Source of the DNA: Lysobacterales bacterium
GTDB lineage: Bacteria; Pseudomonadota; Gammaproteobacteria; Xanthomonadales; SZUA-5
DNA length: 64,000 bases
NCBI GenBank assembly: GCA_041395325.1
Contig: JAWLAT010000004.1
Location: forward strand, 230,684 to 294,683
Reading direction: 5' to 3'
Shown: piece after piece, positions 18,946 to 28,996 of the stretch
Layout of the letters: each line of letters starts with the position of its first letter
Position numbering within the stretch: the first letter of the stretch is position 1
The notes under the pieces: model-generated
What the model was told of the DNA's origin: nothing
The model's input: the letters and a program-made list of their open reading frames with translations, nothing else
The model's database searches: none
Translations under genes and position numbers: made by a program

Positions 18946-19815
18946 TCACTCGCCCGACGGCTGGATGGGGTCCGAGAGCAGACGCAGCGTTGTCTCGCGC
19001 AGAAAATCATCGCCGTCCAGCGAGAGCTGAATCAGAGCCGGATTGCTGCCGGCTGGCGGCTCCGGGCTGACGTCCTGCAAGTGGATCCGGGCCGTGCCCA
19101 CTTCGCTGGTCAGCGCCACGGGCGGCGGGCAGCCCAGGCACTCCGCCACCGGGGTGTAGTAGCGCTGCGTCAGGTCCGCTTCAGACCATGCGGACTGCGC
19201 GAATGCCCAGCGTGGGCGACCGTCGGCGTCGTGGAAGTAGAGGCTGCGATAGGTCCAGACCTGCAGATCCGGACGCAGATAGTGGTGGGCGAACAGACCC
19301 CAGCCGGGCTCTGCCGGGTCGTACCAGGCGCCATCGACAGTCTGCAGGGGATGCGAATCCGCGGGGAGCAAAGGCTCCACGCACCAGACCTGGGCGGTAC
19401 CCTCCAACTCGAATTCGAACTGGCGCAGGGCGCGGGCATCTGGCCGGCTGAGCGCATCGGTGCAGACTTCGGTTCGACGCAGGGAGAAGCGCCCCACGGC
19501 GCTCAAGCTCAGTCCATCCGCGACTCGCGCGACTTGCCACAGGTCGCCCGAAGGATCGGCCAGATCATCGACCTGCAACCAGAGCCAGCGCGTCTGGCCA
19601 TCGGTTCCATAGGAATAGAAGGCGCCAAACAGGGTCGTCCCGGCGCGATGCAGGTCCAGACCATGCCCGGCATGCACGCGGTCGTACCACAGGCCGGATT
19701 CGACCGACTGCGCCGCCACCGAACTGCCCCATACCAGCCCCCACAGGGCCGAGGCCAAGGCGAAACGGGGCGGCCGGCAGGCGGCCGTGTTTGCGGATTG
19801 ATCGGTAATCGTCAT
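18946..19815 (-). CDS. secreted hypothetical protein with an internal duplication
   Basis: It has a signal-peptide-like N-terminus (RFALASALWGLVWGSSVAAQS). Two related segments are present (GLWYDRVHAGHGL.../GAWYDPAEPGWGL...). I recognised no family. Confidence 0.55.
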   Translation of the reverse strand: MTITDQSANTAACRPPRFALASALWGLVWGSSVAAQSVESGLWYDRVHAGHGLDLHRAGTTLFGAFYSYGTDGQTRWLWLQVDDLADPSGDLWQVARVADGLSLSAVGRFSLRRTEVCTDALSRPDARALRQFEFELEGTAQVWCVEPLLPADSHPLQTVDGAWYDPAEPGWGLFAHHYLRPDLQVWTYRSLYFHDADGRPRWAFAQSAWSEADLTQRYYTPVAECLGCPPPVALTSEVGTARIHLQDVSPEPPAGSNPALIQLSLDGDDFLRETTLRLLSDPIQPSGE

Positions 19816-19899
19816 ATTCGCTCGCGCGCCCTTTGTTCCCGCCGCGCCGGATAGTAGAGTCTGGACCGCTTGAGTCCTTTCCACCAGCCGGGGGTTTTC

Positions 19900-22770
19900 A
19901 TGACACAGAGAGTGTGGCAAAGCCTGTGTGGTCTGGCGTTGGCACTGCCAGCGTTGGCCATCGCAGCCGATCAGGATGCAGCGCCCAGTTCAGCGCCTGC
20001 CGAACCGATCAAGTCGGCGGTTTTTCGCGGCACGCATCAGGCGGTGAAGTTCGATGTGTCCATCCCTCTGCGTGACATGACACCCAAGCCGATTCCGACC
20101 GGCGAGCTGCGTGGCGGCTCCATCGTCGATCCGGATGGGGATCTGCCGAACAAGCCCTCGCCGTTGGCCGATCAGCCGGACGGCGCGGCCCAGTTGTCGC
20201 TGCCCGCGCCCCGCATTCCTGCGCCCACCGTGAGCTTCGATGGGCCAGACAACGTCAGTGGCGTAGCACCACCCGATCCGGTCGGCGATGTCGGCCCGGA
20301 CCACTACGTGGCGATGAGCAACCTGTTCTTCCAGATCTATGACAAATCCGGTACCTCGTTGTTCGGCCCGGCGGCCAACAACACCTTGTGGTCGGGCTTC
20401 GGCGGCGCCTGCGAGAACGAGAACTCCGGTGATCCGATCGTCCTCTATGACCAGTTCGCCGATCGCTGGTTGCTGACGCAGTTCACCTCGGCCGGGCCGG
20501 AGTGGTTCAATTGCGTGGCGTTGTCGCAGACCAGTGACCCGACTGGCGCCTACTTTCGGTGGGCATTCACGACGGGCGGCAATTTTCCGGACTATCCCAA
20601 GTACGGCATCTGGTCGGACGCCTATGTGATCAGCACGCGCGAATTCGCGGGTGGCAGTTCGTACACAGGCGTGGGCGCCTACGCGATCGATCGTGACGCC
20701 ATGATCGCTGGCAATCCCAACCCGGTCGTCATCGATTTCTTCGTGGATCGGACCACGCCGCGCCTGGTCGGTGACGGTTTGCTCCCGGCGGACATCGATG
20801 GTTCGGAACTGCCGCCGAATGGGGCGCCGCACTACATGCTGGGCACGCAGGACGATGGCGGTCCGTATGGTGCGACCGAGGACGCCCTGCTGCTGTGGAA
20901 GTTCGTCATCGATTTCGACACGCCGGCCAATTCCAGTTTCACGCTGACCGACACCTTGCCGATCGCCAACTTCGATACGCAGTTCTCCGCCTGCAGCGGC
21001 CGCTCGTGCATTCCGCAGATGGGTACCACCAACCGACTGGACATCCTCTCCTACCGGCAACGGCCGCTGCATCGATTGGCCTATCGCAATTTCGGTACGC
21101 ATGAGTCTCTGGTGACGACTCAATCGGTCGAAGGTGCAACCGGTATTGCCGGTATGCGCTGGTGGGAACTGCGCGATCCTGACGGTACGCCGGTAATCTT
21201 CCAGGAAGGTACCTTCGTGCCTGGTGCGACCGATGGCGTGCATCGCTGGATGGGCTCGGCCGCCCAGGACTCCAGCGGCAATATCGCGATCGCCTACAGC
21301 GCCTCCAGCGCCACGATGTTCCCCAGCATCCGTTATTCCGGACGGCTGGTTGGCGATCCGCTCGGCACGCTGGATCAGGGCGAAGAGAGCATCATCGAAG
21401 GCACGGGCGCGCAGACGGCCGGTGGCAGTCGCTGGGGCGATTACACGTCCTTGAACCTCGATCCGCTGGATGACTGCACCTTCTGGCACGTCAATGAGTA
21501 CGTCCCGACGACCTCGAGCAGCGGCTGGCGCCTGCGCATTGGTGCTTTCCGTTTCGATGAATGTGGCGCGCCTGGCTTTGTGCTGGGCACCCCGGTGGGG
21601 CAGCAGTCGATTTGCGTTGGCACCGATGCGACTTTTGGCGTGAACGTCACCGCCATCGGAGGCTTTGCCGGTGACGTGGATCTGGTCGCAACTGGTGCAC
21701 CTGCCGGCACCACGGCGAGCTTCTCGGTCAACCCGGTCACCGCGCCGGGCAGCAGCGATCTGACCATCACCAATACGGGTGGGGCCGCTGCTGGCAGCTA
21801 TCCAATCGATATCGTGGGCTCCTCGCTGGGCGTGGATTCGCGCACTCGCACAGTGACCCTGGACGTGTTCGACGCTATTCCTGGTGTGCCGGTCCCGAGC
21901 ATGCCCGCCGACATGGCCACGGCCGTGGAATTCCGTCCGGCCTTTTCCTGGAGCGACACGGGCGCGCAGAGCTATCACTTCGAGCTGGCCACCGATCCCG
22001 CGTTCACCGACGTGATCCTCGATTCGGTGGTGGCAACGACCACCCTGGCGCCAGACTTCGATTTGAACAGCAACAGCACCTTCTACTGGCGCGTGTCCGC
22101 CGCGAACATCTGCGGTGACAGTGCCAGTTCGACGGTGTTCAGCTTCACCACGGCGCCCGCACCGGGTGACTGCGCCACCGAGGGCCAGACCAATGTCGCC
22201 TACGACTATGGTTTCGAGGCCGGCGCCAGCGGTTGGACCAGTTCGGGCACGGGCAACACCTGGGCGCAGTCCGGTGACCGGATGAACACCGGAACCTTCT
22301 CCTGGAAGGCGGTGGATCCGAATACCACCAGCGATCAACGACTGGTGTCGCCACCGATTGCACTGCCATCGGGTGAAACCCCGCTGACGCTGCAGTTCTT
22401 CCACTTCCGCGACATCGAAGAGAGCGGCACCACGCAGTGCTGGGACGGTGGCCTGCTGGAAGTCTCGGTTGACGGTGGTACGAACTGGACTCAGGTCGCC
22501 AACACCGACCTGCTGACCGATCCCTACAACGGCGATGTTCGCGCGGGAACCTCCACCAATCCGCTGGCCGGCCTGCTGGCATGGTGCAATCTGCAGGATT
22601 GGACCAAGTCGGTGGTCGACATCGATGCCTTCGCCGGTCAGACCGCGCAGTTCCGCTTCCGTCTGGGATCGGACGGCAGCGTGGGTCAGGAAGGCTGGTA
22701 CATCGACGACGTCAAGGTGCAGTCCTGCCGCGACGAGAGCTTCATCTTCGAGGACGGTTTCGAAAACTGA
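19900..22770 (+). CDS. large secreted multidomain protein (fibronectin-III-like domain plus C-terminal lectin/MAM-like beta-sandwich)
   Basis: It has the signal peptide MTQRVWQSLCGLALALPALAIA. An Fn3-like segment is present (PAFSWSDTGAQSYHFELATDP...FYWRV). The C-terminus (WDGGLLEVSVDGGTNWTQV...GWYIDDVKV) resembles a MAM or choice-of-anchor-type domain. The start is the ATG at 19900. Confidence 0.7.
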   Translation: MTQRVWQSLCGLALALPALAIAADQDAAPSSAPAEPIKSAVFRGTHQAVKFDVSIPLRDMTPKPIPTGELRGGSIVDPDGDLPNKPSPLADQPDGAAQLSLPAPRIPAPTVSFDGPDNVSGVAPPDPVGDVGPDHYVAMSNLFFQIYDKSGTSLFGPAANNTLWSGFGGACENENSGDPIVLYDQFADRWLLTQFTSAGPEWFNCVALSQTSDPTGAYFRWAFTTGGNFPDYPKYGIWSDAYVISTREFAGGSSYTGVGAYAIDRDAMIAGNPNPVVIDFFVDRTTPRLVGDGLLPADIDGSELPPNGAPHYMLGTQDDGGPYGATEDALLLWKFVIDFDTPANSSFTLTDTLPIANFDTQFSACSGRSCIPQMGTTNRLDILSYRQRPLHRLAYRNFGTHESLVTTQSVEGATGIAGMRWWELRDPDGTPVIFQEGTFVPGATDGVHRWMGSAAQDSSGNIAIAYSASSATMFPSIRYSGRLVGDPLGTLDQGEESIIEGTGAQTAGGSRWGDYTSLNLDPLDDCTFWHVNEYVPTTSSSGWRLRIGAFRFDECGAPGFVLGTPVGQQSICVGTDATFGVNVTAIGGFAGDVDLVATGAPAGTTASFSVNPVTAPGSSDLTITNTGGAAAGSYPIDIVGSSLGVDSRTRTVTLDVFDAIPGVPVPSMPADMATAVEFRPAFSWSDTGAQSYHFELATDPAFTDVILDSVVATTTLAPDFDLNSNSTFYWRVSAANICGDSASSTVFSFTTAPAPGDCATEGQTNVAYDYGFEAGASGWTSSGTGNTWAQSGDRMNTGTFSWKAVDPNTTSDQRLVSPPIALPSGETPLTLQFFHFRDIEESGTTQCWDGGLLEVSVDGGTNWTQVANTDLLTDPYNGDVRAGTSTNPLAGLLAWCNLQDWTKSVVDIDAFAGQTAQFRFRLGSDGSVGQEGWYIDDVKVQSCRDESFIFEDGFEN

Positions 22771-22795
22771 TCTTCGATAGATCGAGCTAGGTCAG

Positions 22796-22830
22796 GGCCC
22801 GGTTCGGCAACGAACCGGGCCTTTTTCTTG
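22796..22830. terminator. bidirectional rho-independent terminator
   Basis: The hairpin GGGCCCGGTTCG-GCAA-CGAACCGGGCC is followed by TTTTTCTT and sits between convergent genes. Confidence 0.75.
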
Positions 22831-22871
22831 CACCAAGGACTGAATGCAGAGCAACGTTGGAGTCGAGTCGA

Positions 22872-23813
22872 TCAGCGTCGCTGATTGGCTACACCATGCG
22901 GCACGTGGCCGGTGGTCACGTGAGCGCTGGCCGTCTCGCAGTTGTGGCGCTGGTCGTCGAAGAAGATGTCTGCGCCGAAGGCGGCCAGAAATGGACCCTT
23001 GTCGCGGCCGCCCAGAAACAGCGCCTCGTCGATGCGCACGCCCCACTCACGCAGGGTCAGGATGACGCGCTTGTGCGCCGGTGCCGAGCGGGCGGTGACC
23101 AGCGCGGTGCGGATCGGCGATTGTTCGGCCGGCAGGGCCGACTGAATCTGGTGTAAGGCGTTCAGGACGCGCTTGAAGGGGCCGCCGGACAGCGGCCGAT
23201 TCGCCTGTTGGCGCTCACTTTCGCTGAAGGCGGCCAATCCCTGTTCGACATTGATCCGCTCGGCTTCATCGGAAAACAGCACCGCGTCACCATCAAAAGC
23301 GATGCGCAATTGACCTTCGCGTCCACCGCCGCGGCGACCACTGCCAGGCAGGATGGTGGCCGCAGCGAAGCCGGCTTCCAGTGCCTGCTGCACATCCTCG
23401 GGATGGGCCGAGAGGAACAGATTGCCGCCGAAGGGCTCGATGTACTGATAGGGCGGTGCGCCGTTGGTGAAGGCTGCACGGACGATGTCCAGTCGATGAT
23501 GCTCGATCGAATTGAAGATGCGCAGGCCCGAATCACCGGAGTTGCGCGATAGCAGAATCACCTCGACGCGTGGCGTATCCGGGCTGAGTTCATTCAGGCG
23601 CAGGAGTTTGCGGACCAGCTCGAAAGCGATGCCAGGCCCCAGCACCGTGTCCTCATTTGCCAGCTGAAAGCGCAGGTAGGCGTCCAAACCCTCGCGCTCG
23701 AACAAGGCATGCGCCTCATCCAGATCGAATAACGCCCGCGAAGAAACCGCGACGACCAGTTTGTCTGGAGTCGTCGCTGCTGCGGAGACCGATTCAGATG
23801 GCGAACTGCTCAC
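22872..23813 (-). CDS. 5'-nucleotidase family protein (PF06189-like)
   Basis: The motif [33 protein letters not shown] is typical of the cytosolic 5'-nucleotidase family. The most likely start is the GTG at 23813, which overlaps the nadK 3' end by about 20 nt; there is no ATG/GTG/TTG start after the nadK stop. Confidence 0.65.
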   Translation of the reverse strand: MSSSPSESVSAAATTPDKLVVAVSSRALFDLDEAHALFEREGLDAYLRFQLANEDTVLGPGIAFELVRKLLRLNELSPDTPRVEVILLSRNSGDSGLRIFNSIEHHRLDIVRAAFTNGAPPYQYIEPFGGNLFLSAHPEDVQQALEAGFAAATILPGSGRRGGGREGQLRIAFDGDAVLFSDEAERINVEQGLAAFSESERQQANRPLSGGPFKRVLNALHQIQSALPAEQSPIRTALVTARSAPAHKRVILTLREWGVRIDEALFLGGRDKGPFLAAFGADIFFDDQRHNCETASAHVTTGHVPHGVANQRR

Positions 23814-24558
23814 CGAGAATGCGCTCTTCCAGATTGTGCTCAGGATCGAACAGCAGCGTGATGTCGTCCTTGCGCGATTCGGCAATGCTGACGTCGATCA
23901 CATCGCGAACTTCATTGGCATCGGCAGTAGCACTGACCGGACGCTTGTAGTGATCGAGCACCTCGAAGCGGACGCGCGAAGTCCGTCGCACCAGCGCTCC
24001 GCGCCAGCGGCGAGGCCGGAAAGGGCTGATCGGCGTCAGCGCCAGCACATCCGAGCCCAGGGGCAGGATGGGGCCATGCGCGGACAGGTTGTAGGCGGTA
24101 CTGCCGACCGGAGTGGACAGCAGAATGCCGTCGCAGACCAGTTCGTCGACGCGAACGACATCGTCGACGATGACACGGATCTTGGCCGCCTGCTTGGTCT
24201 GCCTGAGCATCGAGACCTCGTTGACGGCCAGCGCCTGCATGATGCCGCCAGACTCGGTGTGTGCCTCCATCTGCAGCGGTGTCAGCGTAGCGTGATGGGC
24301 GGCCAGCAAGCGATCGCGCAAGCCCTCGGGCCGGTACAGATTCATCAGGAAGCCGACGGTCCCCAGCTTCATGCCATAGACCGGCAGTCGGTGCCGCATG
24401 TAGCGGTGCAGCGTCTGCAGCATGAAGCCATCCCCGCCGAGTGCGACGACGACGTCGGCCTCGCTGGGATCGGCCTGTCCATACTGTTCAGTGAGCAGTT
24501 GCAGTGCTTCCTGGGCAGGACCAACGCGACTGGCGGCAAAGGCGATGCGCTCGTACAT
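23794..24558 (-). CDS. nadK: NAD kinase
   Basis: NAD kinase motifs are present (GGDGFML and the NE/short-motif region). The start is the internal ATG (MYERIAF) at 24558. Confidence 0.85.
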   Translation of the reverse strand: MYERIAFAASRVGPAQEALQLLTEQYGQADPSEADVVVALGGDGFMLQTLHRYMRHRLPVYGMKLGTVGFLMNLYRPEGLRDRLLAAHHATLTPLQMEAHTESGGIMQALAVNEVSMLRQTKQAAKIRVIVDDVVRVDELVCDGILLSTPVGSTAYNLSAHGPILPLGSDVLALTPISPFRPRRWRGALVRRTSRVRFEVLDHYKRPVSATADANEVRDVIDVSIAESRKDDITLLFDPEHNLEERILGEQFAI

Positions 24559-24697
24559 GCAGATCCCTTGGGCGGGGCGGTGGCCTAGTGTGACCGCAGC
24601 AGGGGTCGGAGGCCAACCGCTTTTGCATGACGATTGATGGTTCCAGCGCGACAACGCGCTACCCTGCGATGACCGACCACGACCCGGCCATGCGCCT

Positions 24698-26995
24698 GTG
24701 ACCAAGTCTGCATCACCGCCCATACCGCCACCGCAGATTGAACGCTACGACAAGGCCGCCGGTGGCTGGGATGCGCTGAGAGCGTCGGCACAGGCCCTGC
24801 GCGAGCAGGCGGCGATCGCCCGAGGTACTCGCAGCCTGCTGCGCGCCAACCAGCCGTCGGGTTTCGATTGCCCAGGTTGCGCCTGGCCCGATCGCAATCC
24901 CCAATCGACCTTCGAGTTCTGCGAGAACGGCGTCAAGGCAGTGGCCGCCGAGGCGACCAGTCGGCGCGCCGATGCCGCCTTCTTTGCAGCCCACAGCGTT
25001 GAGGCATTGGCGGCACAGGATGATTTTTGGCTGGAGGCGCAGGGTCGCTTGACCGAGCCGATGGTGCTTGAGCCGGGTGCGACGCACTACCGGCCGATTG
25101 GCTGGGAGGCCGCGTTCGCCCTGTTGGGGTCGCAGTTGCGTGGGCTGGACAGTGTCGATCGCGCAGTGTTCTACACCTCCGGCCGAACCTCCAACGAGGC
25201 CGCCTATCTCTATCAGCTGTTCGTTCGTGCCTTCGGCAGCAATCACCTGCCGGACTGCTCCAACCTGTGTCATGAGCCGTCCGGGATGGCCATGATCGAG
25301 CAGATCGGCAGCGGCAAGGGCAGCGTCACGCTGGCCGATTTCGAGCAGGCCGAAGCCATCTTTCTGTTCGGGCAGAATCCGGGTACCAATCATCCGCGCA
25401 TGCTGGGTGAGTTGCGCAGTGCAGCCAAGCGCGGTTGCCGCATCGTGGCGGTCAACCCGCTGCGCGAGCGGGGCATGGAGCGCTTTACCGACCCCCAAAG
25501 CCCGGCCGAGATGCTGGGCGGCGGCAGTACGCAGCTGGCCAGCCTGTATCTGAATCCCCGCATTGGCGGCGATCTGGCGCTGTTGTGGGGGATGCTCAAG
25601 TTGCTGCTGGAATGGGATTGCGTCGATCGCGAATTCGTTGATCAGCATTGCACTGGCTACGCGGAACTGGTCGTCGCTGCCAATCGGCAGACGTGGGCGC
25701 AGATCGAGGTGCAGAGTGGGCTGAGCCGCATGCAGATCGACGCGGCAGCGCGGATCCTGGCCGACAGCGAGGCGACGATCTTCTGCTGGGGCATGGGCAT
25801 CACCCAGCATCGGCGCTCGGTCGCGACCATCCAGATGCTGCTGAACCTGCTGTTGCTGCGCGGTCAGATTGGTCGCCCGGGGGCGGGACCTTGTCCAGTA
25901 CGGGGGCACTCGAATGTGCAGGGTGATCGCACCATGGGCATCAACGAACGCCCCACGGAGGCCTTTCTGGCACGGTTGGGCCAAACCCATGGCTTCGAAC
26001 CACCACGCCAGCATGGCCATGACGTGATCGGCGCCATCGATGCGATGAGCCGGGGTGAGATCGATGTGTTCTTCGCCCTTGGTGGCAACTTCGCTGCCGC
26101 ATCCCCTGACACAGCCGCCACCCATGCCGCATTGCGGCGCTGCCAGTTGACGGCGCATGTCTCGACCAAGCTCAATCGTTCCCACCTGGTGCATGGTCGA
26201 CGTGCGCTGATCCTGCCCTGTCTGGGACGCACCGAAGTGGATCAGGGTCGGCACGGACTGCAGTCGGTGTCGGTCGAGGATTCGATGTCGATGGTGCACC
26301 TGAGCTGCGGCGGCGTGCCGCCGGCCTCAGCACAATTGTTGTCGGAACCGGCGATTGTGGCCGGGCTGGCGCAGGCGGCATTGCCGGAATCGGCCTGGCC
26401 CTGGCAAGACTGGGCGGCCGATTACGATCAGATTCGAGACTTGATCGCGCAGACGATTGACGGTTTCGAGGATTTCAACGTGCGCGTCCGGCAGCCGGGC
26501 GGCTTCCATCTGCCACACCCGGCGCGGGAGCGGCAGTGGCCGACGGTCAGCGGCAGGGCCGGATTGTTCGTGCACGAGCTGCCGGTGGACTCGGGCAACG
26601 ATCCAACGCTGCTGCAGTTGATGACCGTGCGCAGCCACGACCAATACAACACGACCATCTACGGGCTGCGCGATCGCTATCGCGGCGTTCAGGGTGAGCG
26701 CCGGCCGTTGTTCATCAGTTCATCCGATTTGCAGACGCTGGGTTTGCGTAATGGCGATCGGGTGGATGTGGTCTCGATCTGGCACGACGGCGAGCGGCTG
26801 GCCGAGGACTTCCTGCTCGTCGAGTACGCGATACCGCCCGGCTGCGTGGCCAGCTACTTCCCGGAGACCAATGTGCTGGTGCCGCTGGATCATCATGCCG
26901 AAGGCGCGCGGACGCCAGCTTCGAAGGCGATCCCGGTGAAAATCCGGCGGCGGGGGAGCGAAACGCTGCCTCCTTCGGCGGGCAGTCAGCCCTGA
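24698..26995 (+). CDS. FdhF/YdeP family molybdopterin oxidoreductase
   Basis: YdeP-like N-terminal Cys motifs are present ([14 protein letters not shown]). The large Mo-bisPGD domain is about 765 aa. Confidence 0.85.
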   Translation: MTKSASPPIPPPQIERYDKAAGGWDALRASAQALREQAAIARGTRSLLRANQPSGFDCPGCAWPDRNPQSTFEFCENGVKAVAAEATSRRADAAFFAAHSVEALAAQDDFWLEAQGRLTEPMVLEPGATHYRPIGWEAAFALLGSQLRGLDSVDRAVFYTSGRTSNEAAYLYQLFVRAFGSNHLPDCSNLCHEPSGMAMIEQIGSGKGSVTLADFEQAEAIFLFGQNPGTNHPRMLGELRSAAKRGCRIVAVNPLRERGMERFTDPQSPAEMLGGGSTQLASLYLNPRIGGDLALLWGMLKLLLEWDCVDREFVDQHCTGYAELVVAANRQTWAQIEVQSGLSRMQIDAAARILADSEATIFCWGMGITQHRRSVATIQMLLNLLLLRGQIGRPGAGPCPVRGHSNVQGDRTMGINERPTEAFLARLGQTHGFEPPRQHGHDVIGAIDAMSRGEIDVFFALGGNFAAASPDTAATHAALRRCQLTAHVSTKLNRSHLVHGRRALILPCLGRTEVDQGRHGLQSVSVEDSMSMVHLSCGGVPPASAQLLSEPAIVAGLAQAALPESAWPWQDWAADYDQIRDLIAQTIDGFEDFNVRVRQPGGFHLPHPARERQWPTVSGRAGLFVHELPVDSGNDPTLLQLMTVRSHDQYNTTIYGLRDRYRGVQGERRPLFISSSDLQTLGLRNGDRVDVVSIWHDGERLAEDFLLVEYAIPPGCVASYFPETNVLVPLDHHAEGARTPASKAIPVKIRRRGSETLPPSAGSQP

Positions 26996-27154
26996 AGCAG
27001 CCGAGCGTGAGCTGCGAAGCGTACGACTGGGTCTGGGCATCGGGGAAATACACCCACGGCCTGGATTCGGCGTGCTGTTGGGCCAGGTACCATGCGGTCT
27101 CGCTTCGATTCGCTTCGTTTGACCCTATCCGCAGACATCATTCCAGGAGTACGC

Positions 27155-27562
27155 ATGGCAGCGCGCAAGCCCGCAAGTCCGCTGTCGGTCAATGATTTGA
27201 TCGCCGGTCTGTCAGATCCCTTGCGCTCGGAGGTTGAGGCCCTGAGAACGTTGATCCTTGGGGCGGACGATGGCATCGGTGAGGAGGTCAAGTGGAACTC
27301 GCCCAGCTTTCACGCCGGCGAGCACTTCGCCACGATGCGTCTCAACGGCAAGATCTTCCTGCAACTGATCCTGCATCTCGGGGTCAAGAAAAGCGCGATC
27401 TCCCGTGACGCCATCGACGATCCGGGCGCGCTGCTGCAATGGTTGGGGCCCGATCGGGCCTGCATCAACTTTGTCGAATCCGGCACAGTGTCGGCGCGAG
27501 CTGACTCGATTCAAGCCATCGTGCGGCAATGGGTGAAGCATGTCCCGGCTCGAACGGTCTGA
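27155..27562 (+). CDS. DUF1801 (YdhG-like) domain protein
   Basis: Its sequence resembles DUF1801 (EEVKWNSPSFHAGEHFATM) and it is about 135 aa. A GGAG RBS lies upstream. Confidence 0.6.
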   Translation: MAARKPASPLSVNDLIAGLSDPLRSEVEALRTLILGADDGIGEEVKWNSPSFHAGEHFATMRLNGKIFLQLILHLGVKKSAISRDAIDDPGALLQWLGPDRACINFVESGTVSARADSIQAIVRQWVKHVPARTV

Positions 27563-27614
27563 GCAGGACCCCTTGCCCACCCATTCCCAAGCGCCCTGAG
27601 CGGAGACTTCTAGA

Positions 27615-27983
27615 ATGATCCAGTATGGCGGTTTTGTGCCCTATCTGTACTACGACGATGCCGCCCAGGCCATCGACTGGTACACACGCGTATTTGGTTT
27701 CGAGGAGATCGCCCGCTGGTCCGGATCCGACGGGAGAGTTCGCAATGCCGAGATGCGGGCGGGCACCGCCGAGCTGTGGCTGGATGGCGGTGGCAGAAAG
27801 CACTTGGCTTCGGCGCCGGAGATCTGGATCGGGGTCTGGGTTGATGACGTCCATGCGGTTCACGAGCGTGTGACCGGTCAGGGTGTGCCTTGTGATCCTC
27901 CGGTTGACCGCGACTTTGGTATCCGCATGCTCAACGTCAGTGATGGCATGGGGCACAGCTGGGGTTTCATGTCTCGCTTCTGA
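27615..27983 (+). CDS. VOC/glyoxalase family protein (PhnB-like)
   Basis: It has a single VOC domain (FVPYLYYDDAAQAIDWY). Confidence 0.75.
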   Translation: MIQYGGFVPYLYYDDAAQAIDWYTRVFGFEEIARWSGSDGRVRNAEMRAGTAELWLDGGGRKHLASAPEIWIGVWVDDVHAVHERVTGQGVPCDPPVDRDFGIRMLNVSDGMGHSWGFMSRF

Positions 27984-28120
27984 GTTTGCTGGAAGGTTTG
28001 GCCCGCGAGGCGGAGCCTTCCAGCACGGCGCAGATCAGTGGGCGTCGCCTGTCCGGTCGATGGCCAGAAAAGACGACTCCAAACAAAGCACCACCGCCTG
28101 CGTGCGCCACGGTGCGGTCG

Positions 28121-28996
28121 TTATCGGTTCGGCTCGGTTCGGGTCTGCACACGCATCGACAGATCGATGGCACGGACATGCTTGGTCAGTGCGCCGATGG
28201 AGATGTAGTCGACCCCCAGATCAAGCAGCGCAGGCAGGCGCTGCTCGTCGACGCTGCCGGAAATCTCCAGCTCGATGCGTCCCTCGGCGAGCGCGACTGC
28301 CTGGCGCAGCGAAGCATCGTCGAACTCGTCCAGCATGGCGCGGTCAGCGCCAGCCTGCAGACCTTGCTGCAACTCATCGAGTGACTCAACCTCGACCTCG
28401 ACCATTCTGCCCGGTGCCAACCGCCGAGCGGCGGCGATGGCAGCGCCGATGCTGCCGGCTGCCATGATGTGGTTCTCCTTGATCAGCACCGCATCGTGCA
28501 GGCCGATTCGATGGTTGTGGCAGCCGCCGACGGCGACCGCGTACTTCTGCGCCAGGCGCAGGCCGGGCAAGGTTTTGCGCGTATCGAGGATGCGCGTTCG
28601 CGAGCCGCTGGCCAACCGGGCGTAGTGTCGCGACACGGTCGCGGTGGCGGACAGTGTCTGCAGGAAGTTCAAGGCGCAGCGTTCGCCGCTGAGCAGCGCG
28701 CGCAGCGGCCCTTCCAGTTCCACCAGACAGCCGCTTGCCGCGAAATCTGTGCCATCCGGGCCATTCCAGCTCAGCCGAACGCGCTGATCCAACTGTCGAA
28801 AACAGGCCTCGGCCCAGGCCGCTCCACACAGCACCATGGGCTCGCGGGTGATGATGCGAGCCCTGCCGGTGGCTTGCTCATCGATCAGCGCAGCCGTGAG
28901 ATCGTGGTCTGCGCCATCTTCGCGCAGTGCCTGGGCAACTTGCGCGGCAATCTCGTCGGCACGTGGGGGCTGCGGGAGTGGAATCCGTGCAGTCAG
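28121..28996 (-). CDS. nadC: nicotinate-nucleotide diphosphorylase (carboxylating)
   Basis: It aligns mentally to E. coli NadC from VAQALRED onward. The N-terminal 60+ residues of the track ORF are the upstream gene's region. There is no in-frame ATG; a non-canonical CTG start at 28996 overlapping the upstream TGA is the best guess. Confidence 0.8.
   Translation of the reverse strand: MTARIPLPQPPRADEIAAQVAQALREDGADHDLTAALIDEQATGRARIITREPMVLCGAAWAEACFRQLDQRVRLSWNGPDGTDFAASGCLVELEGPLRALLSGERCALNFLQTLSATATVSRHYARLASGSRTRILDTRKTLPGLRLAQKYAVAVGGCHNHRIGLHDAVLIKENHIMAAGSIGAAIAAARRLAPGRMVEVEVESLDELQQGLQAGADRAMLDEFDDASLRQAVALAEGRIELEISGSVDEQRLPALLDLGVDYISIGALTKHVRAIDLSMRVQTRTEPNR

Noticed and set aside
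19990-22404. 804-aa ORF antisense to the 956-aa secreted protein gene
   Set aside because: It has no motifs and low-complexity Gly/Arg-rich composition. The sense strand has a signal peptide and structured domains.
24713-26299. 528-aa ORF antisense to the YdeP/FdhF-family gene
   Set aside because: It is a GC-frame artefact with no recognisable domains. The sense strand encodes a conserved molybdoenzyme.
27987-28024. Hairpin GCTGGAAGG...CCTTCCAGC as a terminator between the VOC gene and nadC
   Set aside because: The loop is 19 nt and no T-tract follows, so it is too weak to call.
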